From positions 37,882,001 through 37,946,000 of the forward strand of contig NC_043002.1 of the NCBI RefSeq assembly GCF_006345805.1: a stretch of DNA of 64,000 bases, given 5' to 3'. Positions 41,831-53,771 of this stretch are shown one piece after another; position 1 is the first letter of the stretch, and every line of letters starts with the position of its first letter. The DNA comes from Octopus sinensis (lineage: Eukaryota). The position numbers and the translations under genes were made by a program. The notes below the pieces were generated by a model, which saw only the letters and a program-made list of their open reading frames with translations, was not told the DNA's origin and made no database searches.

Positions 41831-41944
41831 TCCACGGACGTACGTTTCGAAATCAAGTTTTAAGGAAAGCATAAGAATTAAATATTAAATATCAAATAAT
41901 AAATAATTCTATCTTACCGAAACTTCTTTTCTCTTCAGCGTAGA
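41831..41944 (-). ncRNA. Type I hammerhead, unit 2
   Basis: Same fold; C17 at 41837. Confidence 0.85.
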
Positions 41945-42436
41945 ATACTATAATCATAAATGATTATATATTGAATTTTGAGATACCAGAAGGCACCAAC
42001 TCCACTCAGTATCAGAGCGAGCTAGAATCCGCAACTGGTATCACCGATTCAATTTGTGAATGAAACGATTGTGTCAACAGCCCCCTCCCACCCGCGTGTA
42101 GCCAAAACAAGATGCTGTGGTCATCTACTGAGATAAAATATGGTTATCCGTAATAATGAAGGGTGAAATTAATTAATTTGGAAAAATTATCAATTACACC
42201 AAGTAGTCTTCGGCATGTAAAAGCCTCATTCGAGGAAAATTTAAGTAATACTAAGCAATAAGGGTTTAGCAACGAGTTGCCTTACCACATACCGAATTTA
42301 GAAATAGCAGTCAAAGGGTTATAGCTATTTCTTCTACTAAAAAGGGAGATCTCAGTAAAAACAGCATTTGGAAGGCAGACACAAACAGGTAAGAGAGAAT
42401 GAGTTGACTGCAATCTATCATACATTTTTTTAGTTA

Positions 42437-42549
42437 TCCACGGACGTACGTTTCGAAATCAAGTTTTAAGGAAAGCATAAGAATTAAATATTAAATATCA
42501 AATAATAATAATTCTATCTTACCGAAACTTCTTTTCTCTTCAGCGTAGA
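42437..42549 (-). ncRNA. Type I hammerhead, unit 3
   Basis: Same fold; C17 at 42443. Confidence 0.85.
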
Positions 42550-43041
42550 ATACTATAATCATAAATGATTATATATTGAATTTTGAGATACCAGAAGGCA
42601 CCAACTCCACTCAGTATCAGAGCGAGCTAGAATCCGCAACTGGTATCACCGAATTCATTTGTGAATGAAACGATTGTGTCAACAGCCCCCTCCCACCCGC
42701 GTGTAGCCAAAACAAGATGCTGTGGTCATCTACTGAGATAAAATATGGTTATCCGTAATAATGAAGGGTGAAATTAATTAATTTGGAAAAATTATCAATT
42801 ACACCAAGTAGTCTTCGGCATGTAAAAGCCTCATTCGAGGAAAATTTAAGTAATACTAAGCAATAAGGGTTTAGCAACGAGTTGCCTTACCACATACCGA
42901 ATTTAGAAATAGCAGTCAAAGGGTTATAGCTATTTCTTCTACTAAAAAGGGAGATCTCAGTAAAAACAGCATTTGGAAGGCAGACACAAACAGGTAAGAG
43001 AGAATGAATTGACTGCAATCTATCATACATTTTTTTAGTTA

Positions 43042-43155
43042 TCCACGGACGTACGTTTCGAAATCAAGTTTTAAGGAAAGCATAAGAATTAAATATTAAA
43101 TATCAAATAATAAATAATTCTATCTTACCGAAACTTCTTTTCTCTTCAGCGTAGA
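43042..43155 (-). ncRNA. Type I hammerhead, unit 4
   Basis: Same fold; C17 at 43048. Confidence 0.85.
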
Positions 43156-43648
43156 ATACTATAATCATAAATGATTATATATTGAATTTTGAGATACCAG
43201 AAGGCACCAACTCCACTCAGTATCAGAGCGAGCTAGAATCCGCAACTGGTATCACCGAATTCAATTTGTGAATGAAACGATTGTGTCAACAGCCCCCTCC
43301 CACCCGCGTGTAGCCAAAACAAGATGCTGTGGTCATCTACTGAGATAAAATATGGTTATCCGTAATAATGAAGGGTGAAATTAATTAATTTGGAAAAATT
43401 ATCAATTACACCAAGTAGTCTTCGGCATGTAAAAGCCTCATTCGAGGAAAATTTAAGTAATACTAAGCAATAAGGGTTTAGCAACGAGTTGCCTTACCAC
43501 ATACCGAATTTAGAAATAGCAGTCAAAGGGTTATAGCTATTTCTTCTACTAAAAAGGGAGATCTCAGTAAAAACAGCATTTGGAAGGCAGACACAAACAG
43601 GTAAGAGAGAATGAGTTGACTGCAATCTATCATACATTTTTTTAGTTA

Positions 43649-43761
43649 TCCACGGACGTACGTTTCGAAATCAAGTTTTAAGGAAAGCATAAGAATTAAA
43701 TATAAATATCAAATAATAAATAATTCTATCTTACCGAAACTTCTTTTCTCTTCAGCGTAGA
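43649..43761 (-). ncRNA. Type I hammerhead, unit 5
   Basis: Same fold; C17 at 43655. Confidence 0.85.
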
Positions 43762-44254
43762 ATACTATAATCATAAATGATTATATATTGAATTTTGAGA
43801 TACCAGAAGGCACCAACTCCACTCAGTATCAGAGCGAGCTAGAATCCGCAACTGGTATCACCGAATTCAATTTGTGAATGAAACGATTGTGTCAACAGCC
43901 CCCCCCCACCCGCGTGTAGCCAAAACAAGATGCTGTGGTCATCTACTGAGATAAAATATGGTTATCCGTAATAATGAAGGGTGAAATTAATTAATTTGGA
44001 AAAATTATCAATTACACCAAGTAGTCTTCGGCATGTAAAAGCCTCATTCGAGGAAAATTTAAGTAATACTAAGCAATAAGGGTTTAGCAACGAGTTGCCT
44101 TACCACATACCGAATTTAGAAATAGCAGTCAAAGGGTTATAGCTATTTCTTCTACTAAAAAGGGAGATCTCAGTAAAAACAGCATTTGGAAGGCAGACAC
44201 AAACAGGTAAGAGAGAATGAATTGACTGCAATCTATCATACATTTTTTTAGTTA

Positions 44255-44368
44255 TCCACGGACGTACGTTTCGAAATCAAGTTTTAAGGAAAGCATAAGA
44301 ATTAAATATTAAATATCAAATAATAAATAATTCTATCTTACCGAAACTTCTTTTCTCTTCAGCGTAGA
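44255..44368 (-). ncRNA. Type I hammerhead, unit 6
   Basis: Same fold; C17 at 44261. Confidence 0.85.
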
Positions 44369-44581
44369 ATACTATAATCATAAATGATTATATATTGAAT
44401 TTTGAGATACCAGAAGGCACCAACTCCACTCAGTATCAGAGCGAGCTAGAATCCGCAACTGGTATCACCGAATTCAATTTGTGAATGAAACGATTGTGTC
44501 AACAGCCCCCTCCCACCCGCGTGTAGCCAAAACAAGATGCTGTGGTCATCTACTGAGATAAAATATGGTTATCCGTAATAA

Positions 44582-45123
44582 TGACACAATCGTTTCATTC
44601 ACAAATTGAATTCGGTGATACCAGTTGCGGATTCTAGCTCGCTCTGATACTGAGTGGAGTTGGTGCCTTCTGGTATCTCAAAATTCAATATATAATCATT
44701 TATGATTATAGTATTCTACGCTGAAGAGAAAAGAAGTTTCGGTAAGATAGAATTATTTATTATTTGATATTTAATATTTAATTCTTATGCTTTCCTTAAA
44801 ACTTGATTTCGAAACGTACGTCCGTGGATAACTAAAAAAATGTATGATAGATTGCAGTCAATTCATTCTCTCTTACCTGTTTGTGTCTGCCTTCCAAATG
44901 CTGTTTTTACTGAGATCTCCCTTTTTAGTAGAAGAAATAGCTATAACCCTTTGACTGCTATTTCTAAATTCGGTATGTGGTAAGGCAACTCGTTGCTAAA
45001 CCCTTATTGCTTAGTATTACTTAAATTTTCCTCGAATGAGGCTTTTACATGCCGAAGACTACTTGGTGTAATTGATAATTTTTCCAAATTAATTAATTTC
45101 ACCCTTCATTATTACGGATAACC

Positions 45124-45127
<4 letters not shown>
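44582..45127 (+). mobile_element. Inverted ~0.9 copy of the 606-bp unit
   Basis: Reverse complement of 43956-44501; ends in (TA)n. Confidence 0.95.
44715..44828 (+). ncRNA. Type I hammerhead in the inverted copy
   Basis: tctacg CTGAAGA gaaa...tttc GAAA c gtac gt C cgtgga. Cleavage is predicted 3' of 44822. Confidence 0.87.
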
Positions 45128-45205
<78 letters not shown>

Positions 45206-45265
45206 GAGAGAAAGAGAGAGAGAGATTTATACATAAATACATATATGTAAACACGCATACACACA

Positions 45266-45440
45266 TAGGGGTGCTGAAAAGTTCCCGGTGTTGAGGATAT
45301 CGTGAAAGGCCTGTTGAGAGGCCCAACCTTCCAAGTTCTCTTATAGGTCTGAGAAAAGCTGAAGGGCCGGTGTATTAAGTATGTATATATGTGAGTGTGG
45401 AATATGTTGGATAACACCATAATCATTAATAACTGATCCT
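45266..45440 (+). mobile_element. mariner-derived MITE remnant
   Basis: GGGGTGCTGAAAAGTTCC TIR-like start and a decayed transposase-end-like segment (KGRCIK..VEYVG). Confidence 0.55.
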
Positions 45441-45482
45441 CATGCCTATATGTATATGTATATATTTATATGTATGTGTGTA

Positions 45483-45527
<45 letters not shown>

Positions 45528-46869
45528 AGTAATTGTTGGTACATCCAAACAATAGTTTATCATTGGTATTCAGGGATCTGGACAAGGTGGCACTCAGTGG
45601 ATTTCTCAGTTGTTGAGTAAGCAGCCATTGTAACGCTCTTATGATAATCGTCGTATCTATAAGGCTGCATGCCATGGTACGTTGAAAGCAAAACTGATAA
45701 TAAACTCACACACGTGTGTACACGTATTCACAAACGTTTGCACACAAAGTGTATTCACTGTTGGCGTTTGTTTTTATACAAAAATGCCAAACGAATGAGC
45801 AAGTTACTATAGCCCTGTGCATCATACAATAAATATAAAATTTCTATTTCTCTTTATTTCCAAAAGAGCAATGTAAATGTATGTATTCGTGCATGTTGAT
45901 AAGATTATATAAGCGCCATTTATTCTAAACTATTATGCATGCAAGTTCGTTTCTATGTATGTACGTACGTATGTATGCATATGTACGTATGTATCTATGT
46001 ATGTATAATTTACTTTAGTATATATATATGTGGTGCCTATTTGATGTACTTTATGTTTGTGTTGTTATCAATGTAAACCATACAAAATAAGCGTTTTTGT
46101 AAACCTTTGTGTGTATGCATGTACGCATGCGCACATAGTGGGAATGTGTACTGCTTGATATTCACTCTTACACATGCAGCTTTAAATATAAAACTTAAAA
46201 TATGAAGAGAAAAGCTATCCAAATAATTTAGTAAACCAAATTATGCATTAGTTTAGAAAGAAGTTCAACAAAAGTAATACAATACACTACATTCCCAAAT
46301 AACATTTTAAAAAGTAATCACTCTACAAAACGAACGTAAAATATGAATCACATGCTTTGTATGACTGAACAGGAAAAGGCGATAACAAAAACTCCATGTT
46401 TCATTATAGCAGCATGGATTAAATCTTAAGCAAAATTGAGCAGATATAATATATTGGAAAAGGTTAATTAAAAATTGTATTGTTAGTATGAGACCTAAAG
46501 TCAATGACCTGCTTATTAAATTTCAGATGACGAATATAATTTACTAATTTATATGTCATTGTTATTTTTATTAGTGGCCTCGACAAACGAAGAAAATCAT
46601 TATTTTTCACTCGTGCAAGAAGTATCATTTGATAGTCTGTGGGATAGAAGTGCCAAATAGCTTATTTAAACAGGTTTGCCTCCTATGACCAAAGGCGTTT
46701 CTGTGATATAATTTGAAGGGAAACTAGTTGCTATTTCTAACTATTCGACACTGTGAATCTATATCGTTGCTCTTTGCTTTCAGGGGTATATAGCAAAGAT
46801 GTAAACATAATAGCACTGACTATTTCTTTTGTTACTATGGACATTTAGGTACCTGAACAACAAGCAGGT

Positions 46870-46960
46870 TTGACGCTCGGTAAAGTGAAAACGTCTTTTA
46901 TGATTCGAGCCTACGCACTTCAGCAGAAAGGAATAACAGAAAATAAACAGAGAGAAAAAA
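46870..46960 (-). mobile_element. Solo PLE 3' UTR fragment with decayed hammerhead (46893-46932)
   Basis: Minus strand ccttt CTGCTGA a gtgc gtag gctc GAAtcat aaaaga; homologous to 26398 and 12828. Confidence 0.6.
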
Positions 46961-47271
46961 AAACTTGTGGATTTAGCGGTCAAGCATGGCAACCTATACA
47001 CACACACACACGCACACACATACACACACACAAGCACATATATATATATATATACACCCACACACGAATGGACGCACGAACGCATGCACACACACAGACA
47101 CTCAGACACACACATATATATGCATAACATGGTGCAAGTATTAACAGGTAAGTCACAACTGATATCAGGTTAGATTATGACATAACTTTCGGCATGATGG
47201 TTCAGTTGTTATATGGGTTGTTATATGAGAAGGAGGGTCGCGGATTCATGTACTTCTGCGGGTGCCAAGGC

Positions 47272-47433
47272 TTAGGAGTGGCTGTGTGGTAAGTAGCTTG
47301 CTTACGAACCACATGGTTCCGGGTTCAGTCCCACTGCGTGGCACTTTGGGCAAGTGTCTTCTACTATAACCTCGAGCCAACCAAAGCCTTGTGAGTTTTT
47401 TTTGTAGACGGTAACTCAAAGAAGCCCCTCGTA

Positions 47434-47486
<53 letters not shown>

Positions 47487-47722
47487 GTATGTGTGTGTGT
47501 ATGTTTGTGTGTCTATGTTTGTCCTCTGAACATCACTTGACAACCGATGCTGGTGTGTTTACGTCCCCGTAACTTAGCAGTTCTGCAACAGAGACAGATA
47601 GAATAAGTACTAGGCTTACAAAGAATATGTCTTGGGGTCGATTTGCTCGACTAAAAGGCAGTGCTCCAGCATGGTTGCAGTCAAATCACTGAAGCAAGTA
47701 AAAGAGTAAAAGAGTAAAAGAG
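47272..47722 (+). mobile_element. SINE family A, full length
   Basis: Head GGAGTGGCTGTGTGGTAAG through tail (AAGAGTA)n. Confidence 0.92.
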
Positions 47723-48147
47723 ATATAAACAGATGTACAGAAAGTATCTTAGATTTATTTCGAGAACAGATGTGCAGATGTTCCATGTACACAACAAGCG
47801 GTAGCCATCCATGTACCAGCGTTCTTTTCCAACGTCCACATATAAACTAAGCAATATGACAAGCTTAGTCTTTGAAATAATTATCTTATACAGACAATTC
47901 TAAAAATTAGCCTCATTTCCTTTATTCCTTTCTGCGCTGTTTTCCCCATTGGTATGTCTTTAGGTGTTTTAGTTGCATATCAATTTTATATGAAATATGC
48001 TTTAGCTGTGAAGGAAGATTGCATTGTTAGTCCTTCGTTTATCCCTTCGCCATTACTGTATAAAGAGATGCTATAAATTGTCTTTTGCAACTCTCCCAAT
48101 GACGTAAATTAGCTGAGATGGAGAGAGAGCGACTGGTAAAGAGAAGG

Positions 48148-48204
<57 letters not shown>

Positions 48205-49289
48205 GGGAAAATTACCTTAGTATTTGTTTATTTATTGACGCTGAAAGCATGAAAGGCAATCTTAGTCACGACAGGACTTGAATTTAAAGCGCAGAATGTG
48301 ACAGAAGCATTTCTGAAAAAGCGAATTAGTAGAGTTGTTTGAGCGTTAGTTAACCCTCAGCACTCAATGATTGTTAATTGATTTTACAATAATTGCAAAC
48401 TATAAAATTAAGACTCAATTCACATAGAGGGAATGCTGGCCGCAAACTATCAGCAAGTAATGCTGCTAAACTAATCCCTGATTCTTGAAAATAATATTGA
48501 TGTCCACGTTTAAGAAATTTAAAGTGTGCTAATGAAAGAAAAGCATGCACAACAGCGTACACAAAAAATTGCGCTTCCAATACAAACGGTGATAAGATTC
48601 AGACACACAGTCAATTAATATAAGCCATTTAGAAGTCTCGATATATTCATCGTATCAAATATAATAAAACAATTTAATCTAATTCCTGTCACCTGCCTGC
48701 AGTCTATCTATGGAATGAGAACACGTTGAATAGTGGGTTTCTAAACATACAGTCTGAAGAAGATGTGATGATTGCAGCTAGAAATACGTTGTCGATAAGT
48801 CTGCAATATCAAGGTAATATCCATTTATCGGCCTTATTAGGGAAAATAACTGTCTGAATTCAGAGGCTGATTTTGTACCATGAGTCATTTTCCCAACATA
48901 ATTTTGTTAAACCCAGTAAAATAAACTGTTTGTTATATAGTTGTTAGAAACAATTAGATTAGTTCCTGAATAGTTGTGTTCTCTTCGTAAATTCATTCAC
49001 AATGTGGGAGATATTTATGCTACACCCTGTATAACCACCGCTTCAATCCTACCAAATACAAAGCATTACCTTCTTCAGATACTGACTAGAATTTGGAGTG
49101 ATTAAAGTTGGTTCACTTCCTCTTTTGCTTCACATCGTTGTAAACAATCTGTTTTCCATACCTGTCATCATTCGTTTCAGAAATGAATCACTTTTGTTGT
49201 GTTTGAGAAGAAAGTTGCAGACAAAAATGCGGTTCACTAAGTTTTTTTCCGTAAATTATGAGGCATCCAAACATAATAACGATTAATCT

Positions 49290-49643
49290 AAGGAGGTGTT
49301 TTTAAATGCTTTATAATGCTCATATGGGATATAAAAAGTATTTCTTCGATGTTTCGTGTCGTGTGACCTGGATTATTATTTTTTTTTATCGGTATTTCGA
49401 TTTGCACATCATTAACGACCGTAGGTCTTCCAGAATGTTTTCGATCTTCTAGATATTTTAATTCGATAGTAAAAAGAGTAGAAATAAAATATCCAAACTG
49501 TAATGGTATAGAAATACATGTTGAAATACCTTTCAAATAAATAAAACTATATATTTCGTACGTCTAGGTCACGTGAGAAACAAAATCGCGTATTCGAAGG
49601 ACCCTAATTTAAAAGAAACCAACAAACTTTTGTTCCAGCCTAA
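49290..49643 (-). mobile_element. mariner remnant (left TIR and HTH region)
   Basis: TA then TTAGGCTGGAACAAAAG TIR; LEDRKHSGRPTVVND...TTRNIEEILFISHMSIIKHL. Confidence 0.8.
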
Positions 49644-49964
49644 TATTTCACTATGTATCTTGATACTATTATCAAGTGTCTCTACATATTAGCTGCATAT
49701 ATAATTCATTGTATATAATTGATTGATTATTTTTGCTGTTGCCGAGTCCTTTGGGTAATGACTTTTCGCAAAGACAAGGTTACTCAAAGAAAATGCATTC
49801 ACTATGACTTCGAACTATTTATTCATGTATGTTGTATAATAGCACATTCCCTTAAGTTAATTATTCAATTCTGTTGTTGATGTTGATTTCGACAATTTCA
49901 GAACACTTTGAAGAGTTTAGCATAAAAAATTGTATCTCTCCCCAATATTTCAGTACTTGAAGCG

Positions 49965-50110
49965 TCTCGTCTGTCTTTACGTTCTGAGTTCAAATAACAC
50001 CGAAGTTGACTTTGCCTTTCATCCTTCTGGGAACGATAAAATAAGTAGCAGTTGAACACTGGGGTCGATGTTATAGACTTATCCCTTTCCACCGAAATTG
50101 CAAGCCTTGT
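49965..50110 (+). mobile_element. SINE family B, 5' truncated
   Basis: GTTCTGAGTTCAAAT...GACTTTGCCTTTCATCC block. Confidence 0.8.
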
Positions 50111-50586
50111 GTCAAAATATGTCAATATTTTAGCTACGTCCATTCATTACCGTCATTCAGCTAAGCAGTTGGATTAGAGTCCATGTACCACTGAAGAGCA
50201 AGATACATGTTATCCCGGATAGCTCGATAAAGTGAAGCTGCTAGTTCCAGTTTGAGTCTCTATTGGCAAAATCATCAGTTAATCACATACTTCTATATGT
50301 ATCTGAAATAATAATATTTCTATTCTGTAGATCAGTGATGTGTGTCACTTTAAAATGTATATATTTTCGACAGCAGTTCAGTAGCGACATCTCGCCAACC
50401 AAGCTACTTTAGAAACCGGTCTGTGGAGGCAAAGTTGTGCTGTTCGAAAATATAAGGATACAGAATTTTTTGTGTCATTTAACCAGATGGAAACGATGTT
50501 TCCTGGGGCTAAATAACAGTAACATTCGTCCCATACTGAGACTGCCACATTATGTTAGCAAAAGGTCATTACTATATACATGTGTA

Positions 50587-50810
50587 AGGCGGCGAGCTGG
50601 GAGAAACATTAGCACGCCGGGCGATAAGCTTTCCGGTATTTTCTCTGCCGCTACGTTCTGAGTTCAAATTCCGCCGAGGTCGACTTTGCCTTTCATCCTT
50701 TCGGGGTCGATTAAATAAGTACCAGTTACGCACTGGGGTCGATATAATCGACTTAATCCGTATGTCTGTCCTTGTTTGTTCTCTCTGTGTTTAGCCCCTT
50801 GTGGGTTTTA
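50587..50810 (+). mobile_element. SINE family B, full length
   Basis: GGCGGCGAGCTGG head through TTAGCCCCTTGTGGG tail. Confidence 0.92.
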
Positions 50811-50828
50811 AAGAAAAAATGTCGTTAC

Positions 50829-50911
<83 letters not shown>

Positions 50912-51653
50912 AGTTTAAGGTTGGCTGAGATCAGTATTACAATTGTTGACATGATATTTAGAAGTCTGAAAAATACATAAGAAAAGTGTAAACGGAATAA
51001 TTAAGTTACATAAAAGTATATAAAGAACATAAAAATATGTCGAATATATAAATACACCGATAACATCGCGAGTTTAAAGAATTAATGTAAGTGGCAAAAG
51101 TATTATAAAAACTATAAAATAATATAAGCTATACTAAACATTATTGAGAGTGAATTGGAAAATAAATAGAAAATACGAACTATATGTACGCTCAATTAAC
51201 AAATAATTTGGGGAATTGAAAATAAATATACAAAATATACGCACATACATACACTAATTCACACTCATAAAATACTTTTAGTTGACATGATTTTAGCTTC
51301 CAGTGTTTCTTAACATTAGTTATTATTATACATCATTGAGTATAGTGTAGGTGTATATCTGAAACGTTTCGCTTTTATGGAATCCACTCGTTAATCATTG
51401 TGCATACAATGTTTTTAAAATCGTTGTACATACAATATGTTTTCAATACAACTACTCACTACAGACTGTTTGTCCGTCTATGTATCTATTTATCTATCTA
51501 TCTCTCTATCTCTCTATCTTCCTTTCTTTCATTCTTTCTTTTTTTTCTGTCTTTCTCTATATGTGTATGTGTGCGTGTATGCGTGTGTGTTTAAATAAAT
51601 AAATAATACACACACACTCACGCACACACACACATATATATATAATATAGCCA

Positions 51654-51835
51654 CGAAACACGTGTCGTCATTCTACCAAATATATACGTTGTATCTATTA
51701 TTTTGCACATTACTTAATCATTGTTATATGTTTTATCTTATATTTTATCTTTCCATAAGATGTAATTTTTCTAAATGGTATCCTTTAATTTTTCATTATT
51801 GAATTGATAAAAGGTGGGTTTTTTTTCTAATTTAT
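51654..51835 (+). mobile_element. TA-flanked fragment starting at a hammerhead 3' half
   Basis: c GAAA c acgt gt C gtca, between (TA)n tracts. Confidence 0.4.
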
Positions 51836-52039
51836 ATTATATATATATATATATATATAATATATTTCGTTTAGGGATTACGATACTAATTATCTGGTGT
51901 AGAACTTAATATCTGCATGTGACCAAAGGGTTAGTGGAACACAGAGCAGTAATAATAAAATAAATAATAAGTTCATAATAATCTTTTATTCCTTAATCAA
52001 ATCTGTTCTTAATTATATTCCCAACGGGAAGGTTGTTTG

Positions 52040-52310
52040 GTAGGCCATTCTTGCTCTACAAAGACTAACTAGAAGACAATCTGAAGCGATGCAACATTCC
52101 CTTTTCTTACTGGGAAAACAAAGCACCAGAATGCTGCAAGTCCTCCTGCTCCTTTTTGCAAAGATTTGAGCAAATCCGACTCTCACATCAGGACGAGTTT
52201 TATGTAAGCATGAAGGCACGCTGGCAAAACGTTGCTCCTCTAAATGGAAACATTACCTGTCATTGTGGCTTTGTAGCGCGAAGCAAAACAGGCTTTTCCA
52301 TCCACGTAAT
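52040..52310 (+). mobile_element. RTE LINE C-terminal fragment
   Basis: LEDNLKRCNIPFSYWE...ITCHCGFVARSKTGFSIHV. Confidence 0.7.
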
Positions 52311-52476
52311 TGATCCGCAGAAATCTCAAGCAAGCTAAGTCCTCAACTTGTTCCACTTGTCCAAAAATTTGCAAGACACCAGCAGGCCACAGGTGAAACA
52401 TTCGTGTCCATAGAACATGATTACAGCCTTGTTTTACTAAATCCTTATTTGTCGTTCATAACTAGACAATCCATCG

Positions 52477-52508
<32 letters not shown>

Positions 52509-52514
52509 TGCACG

Positions 52515-52563
<49 letters not shown>

Positions 52564-52567
52564 ACAT

Positions 52568-52602
<35 letters not shown>

Positions 52603-52969
52603 CATCAAAGGTAAAAACGAAACAAACGGAAACCGTCAAAACCTAACAAGTTAAAAAAGGACGATAGCACAAGAACGGCAAACAGGACAAAAAAAGGTAC
52701 AAGAATCGTTCGCAGCCAATTGCTTCTTCAGTCGGAGTTCCGAATGTCCACGTAGTTTCGCCCAATCCAATCCGATACTAATCGAAACTGGTTGGGCCAA
52801 GGGATTAAACTAAAAGCATTAAGCCCTGGGCATATACAAACACAAAGAAGTAACAAATAGAAAGGGTTTTTCGAATCACGAACGAACGTAACATAAGAAA
52901 TAGAATTATACACATACAATGGACAAGCGCCTGTCGGCTATACAATAAAAGAAAATAATTATACAGACA

Positions 52970-53175
52970 CAGGAGTGGCTGTGTGGTAAGTAGCTTCTTT
53001 ACCAACCACATGGTTCCGGGTTCAGTTCCACTGCGTGGCACTTTGAGCAACTATCTTCTACTATAGCATTGTGACCAAAGCCTTGTGAGTGGATTTGGTT
53101 GACGGAAACTGAAAGAAGCCCATCGTATGTATGTATATGTATATATATATATATATATGTGTGTATGTGTGTGTG

Positions 53176-53211
<36 letters not shown>

Positions 53212-53415
53212 TGTGCGTCTGTGTTTTCCCCCCAACATCACTTGACAACCGATGCTGGAGTGTTTATGTCCCCGTAACTTAGCAGTTCTGCAAAAGAGAC
53301 CGATAGAATAAATACTAGGCTTACACAGACTAAGTCCTGGGGTCGATTTTCTCCACTAAAGGTGGTGCTCCAGCATGGCCGCAGTGAAATGACGGAAACA
53401 AGTAAAAGAGTAAAA
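52970..53415 (+). mobile_element. SINE family A, full length
   Basis: Head and tail as in other copies. Confidence 0.92.
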
Positions 53416-53418
53416 TAG

Positions 53419-53660
53419 TTACAACAAAAATAAAACGAAGCAAACACGGTCTTTAGACTATCAGACGAGTATAGTAAGCTAGCGCAAGGAAAAAAGGAAA
53501 TAAAAATATCTTAACTGGCCGGGTGGCAAAACAGAACAGATATGACTGATTTGAAGAAATAGAATATAAGATTTTTCCATTTCCTTTTTCCTTGCGCTAG
53601 CTTACTATTCTCGTCTGAAAGTCGAAAGATCCTACGTATTTTGTTTTATTTTTGTTGTAA
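53419..53660. mobile_element. MITE with ~85-bp terminal inverted repeats
   Basis: ttacaacaaaaataaaac...cagacgagtatagtaagctagcgcaaggaaaa matches the reverse complement at 53578-53660. Confidence 0.85.
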
Positions 53661-53710
53661 TTGTAATTGAAAGTGGGGTGTAATTCACTTCTATTTGGAT
53701 ATAAATATAT

Positions 53711-53770
<60 letters not shown>

Positions 53771-53771
<1 letters not shown>

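Larger units (their letters stand above)
41041..44582 (-). mobile_element. Tandem array of a ~606-bp non-coding, hammerhead-bearing unit (~5.9 copies), retrozyme-like
   Basis: Units start at 41041, 41645, 42251, 42856, 43463 and 44069, differing mostly by 1-bp indels. One hammerhead per unit on the minus strand. No ORF of 60 aa or more. Confidence 0.9.

Noticed and set aside
41041-44582. CRISPR array or rDNA interpretation of the tandem repeat
   Set aside because: Units are 606 bp and wholly identical with no unique spacers, and there are no rRNA motifs.
45033-45059. Possible second hammerhead in the 606-bp unit (cgaatga ggc ttttacat gcc gaag)
   Set aside because: Core is not CUGANGA, GAAA is GAAG, and no stem I or III could be found.
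48006-48030. 15-mer gaagattgcattgtt shared with the 13855 hammerhead
   Set aside because: Core is broken and no GAAA half follows; too short to call.
52690-52745. CTGAAGA a gca attggc tgc GAAc on the minus strand
   Set aside because: Lacks an A in GAAA and has no stem I or III pairing.
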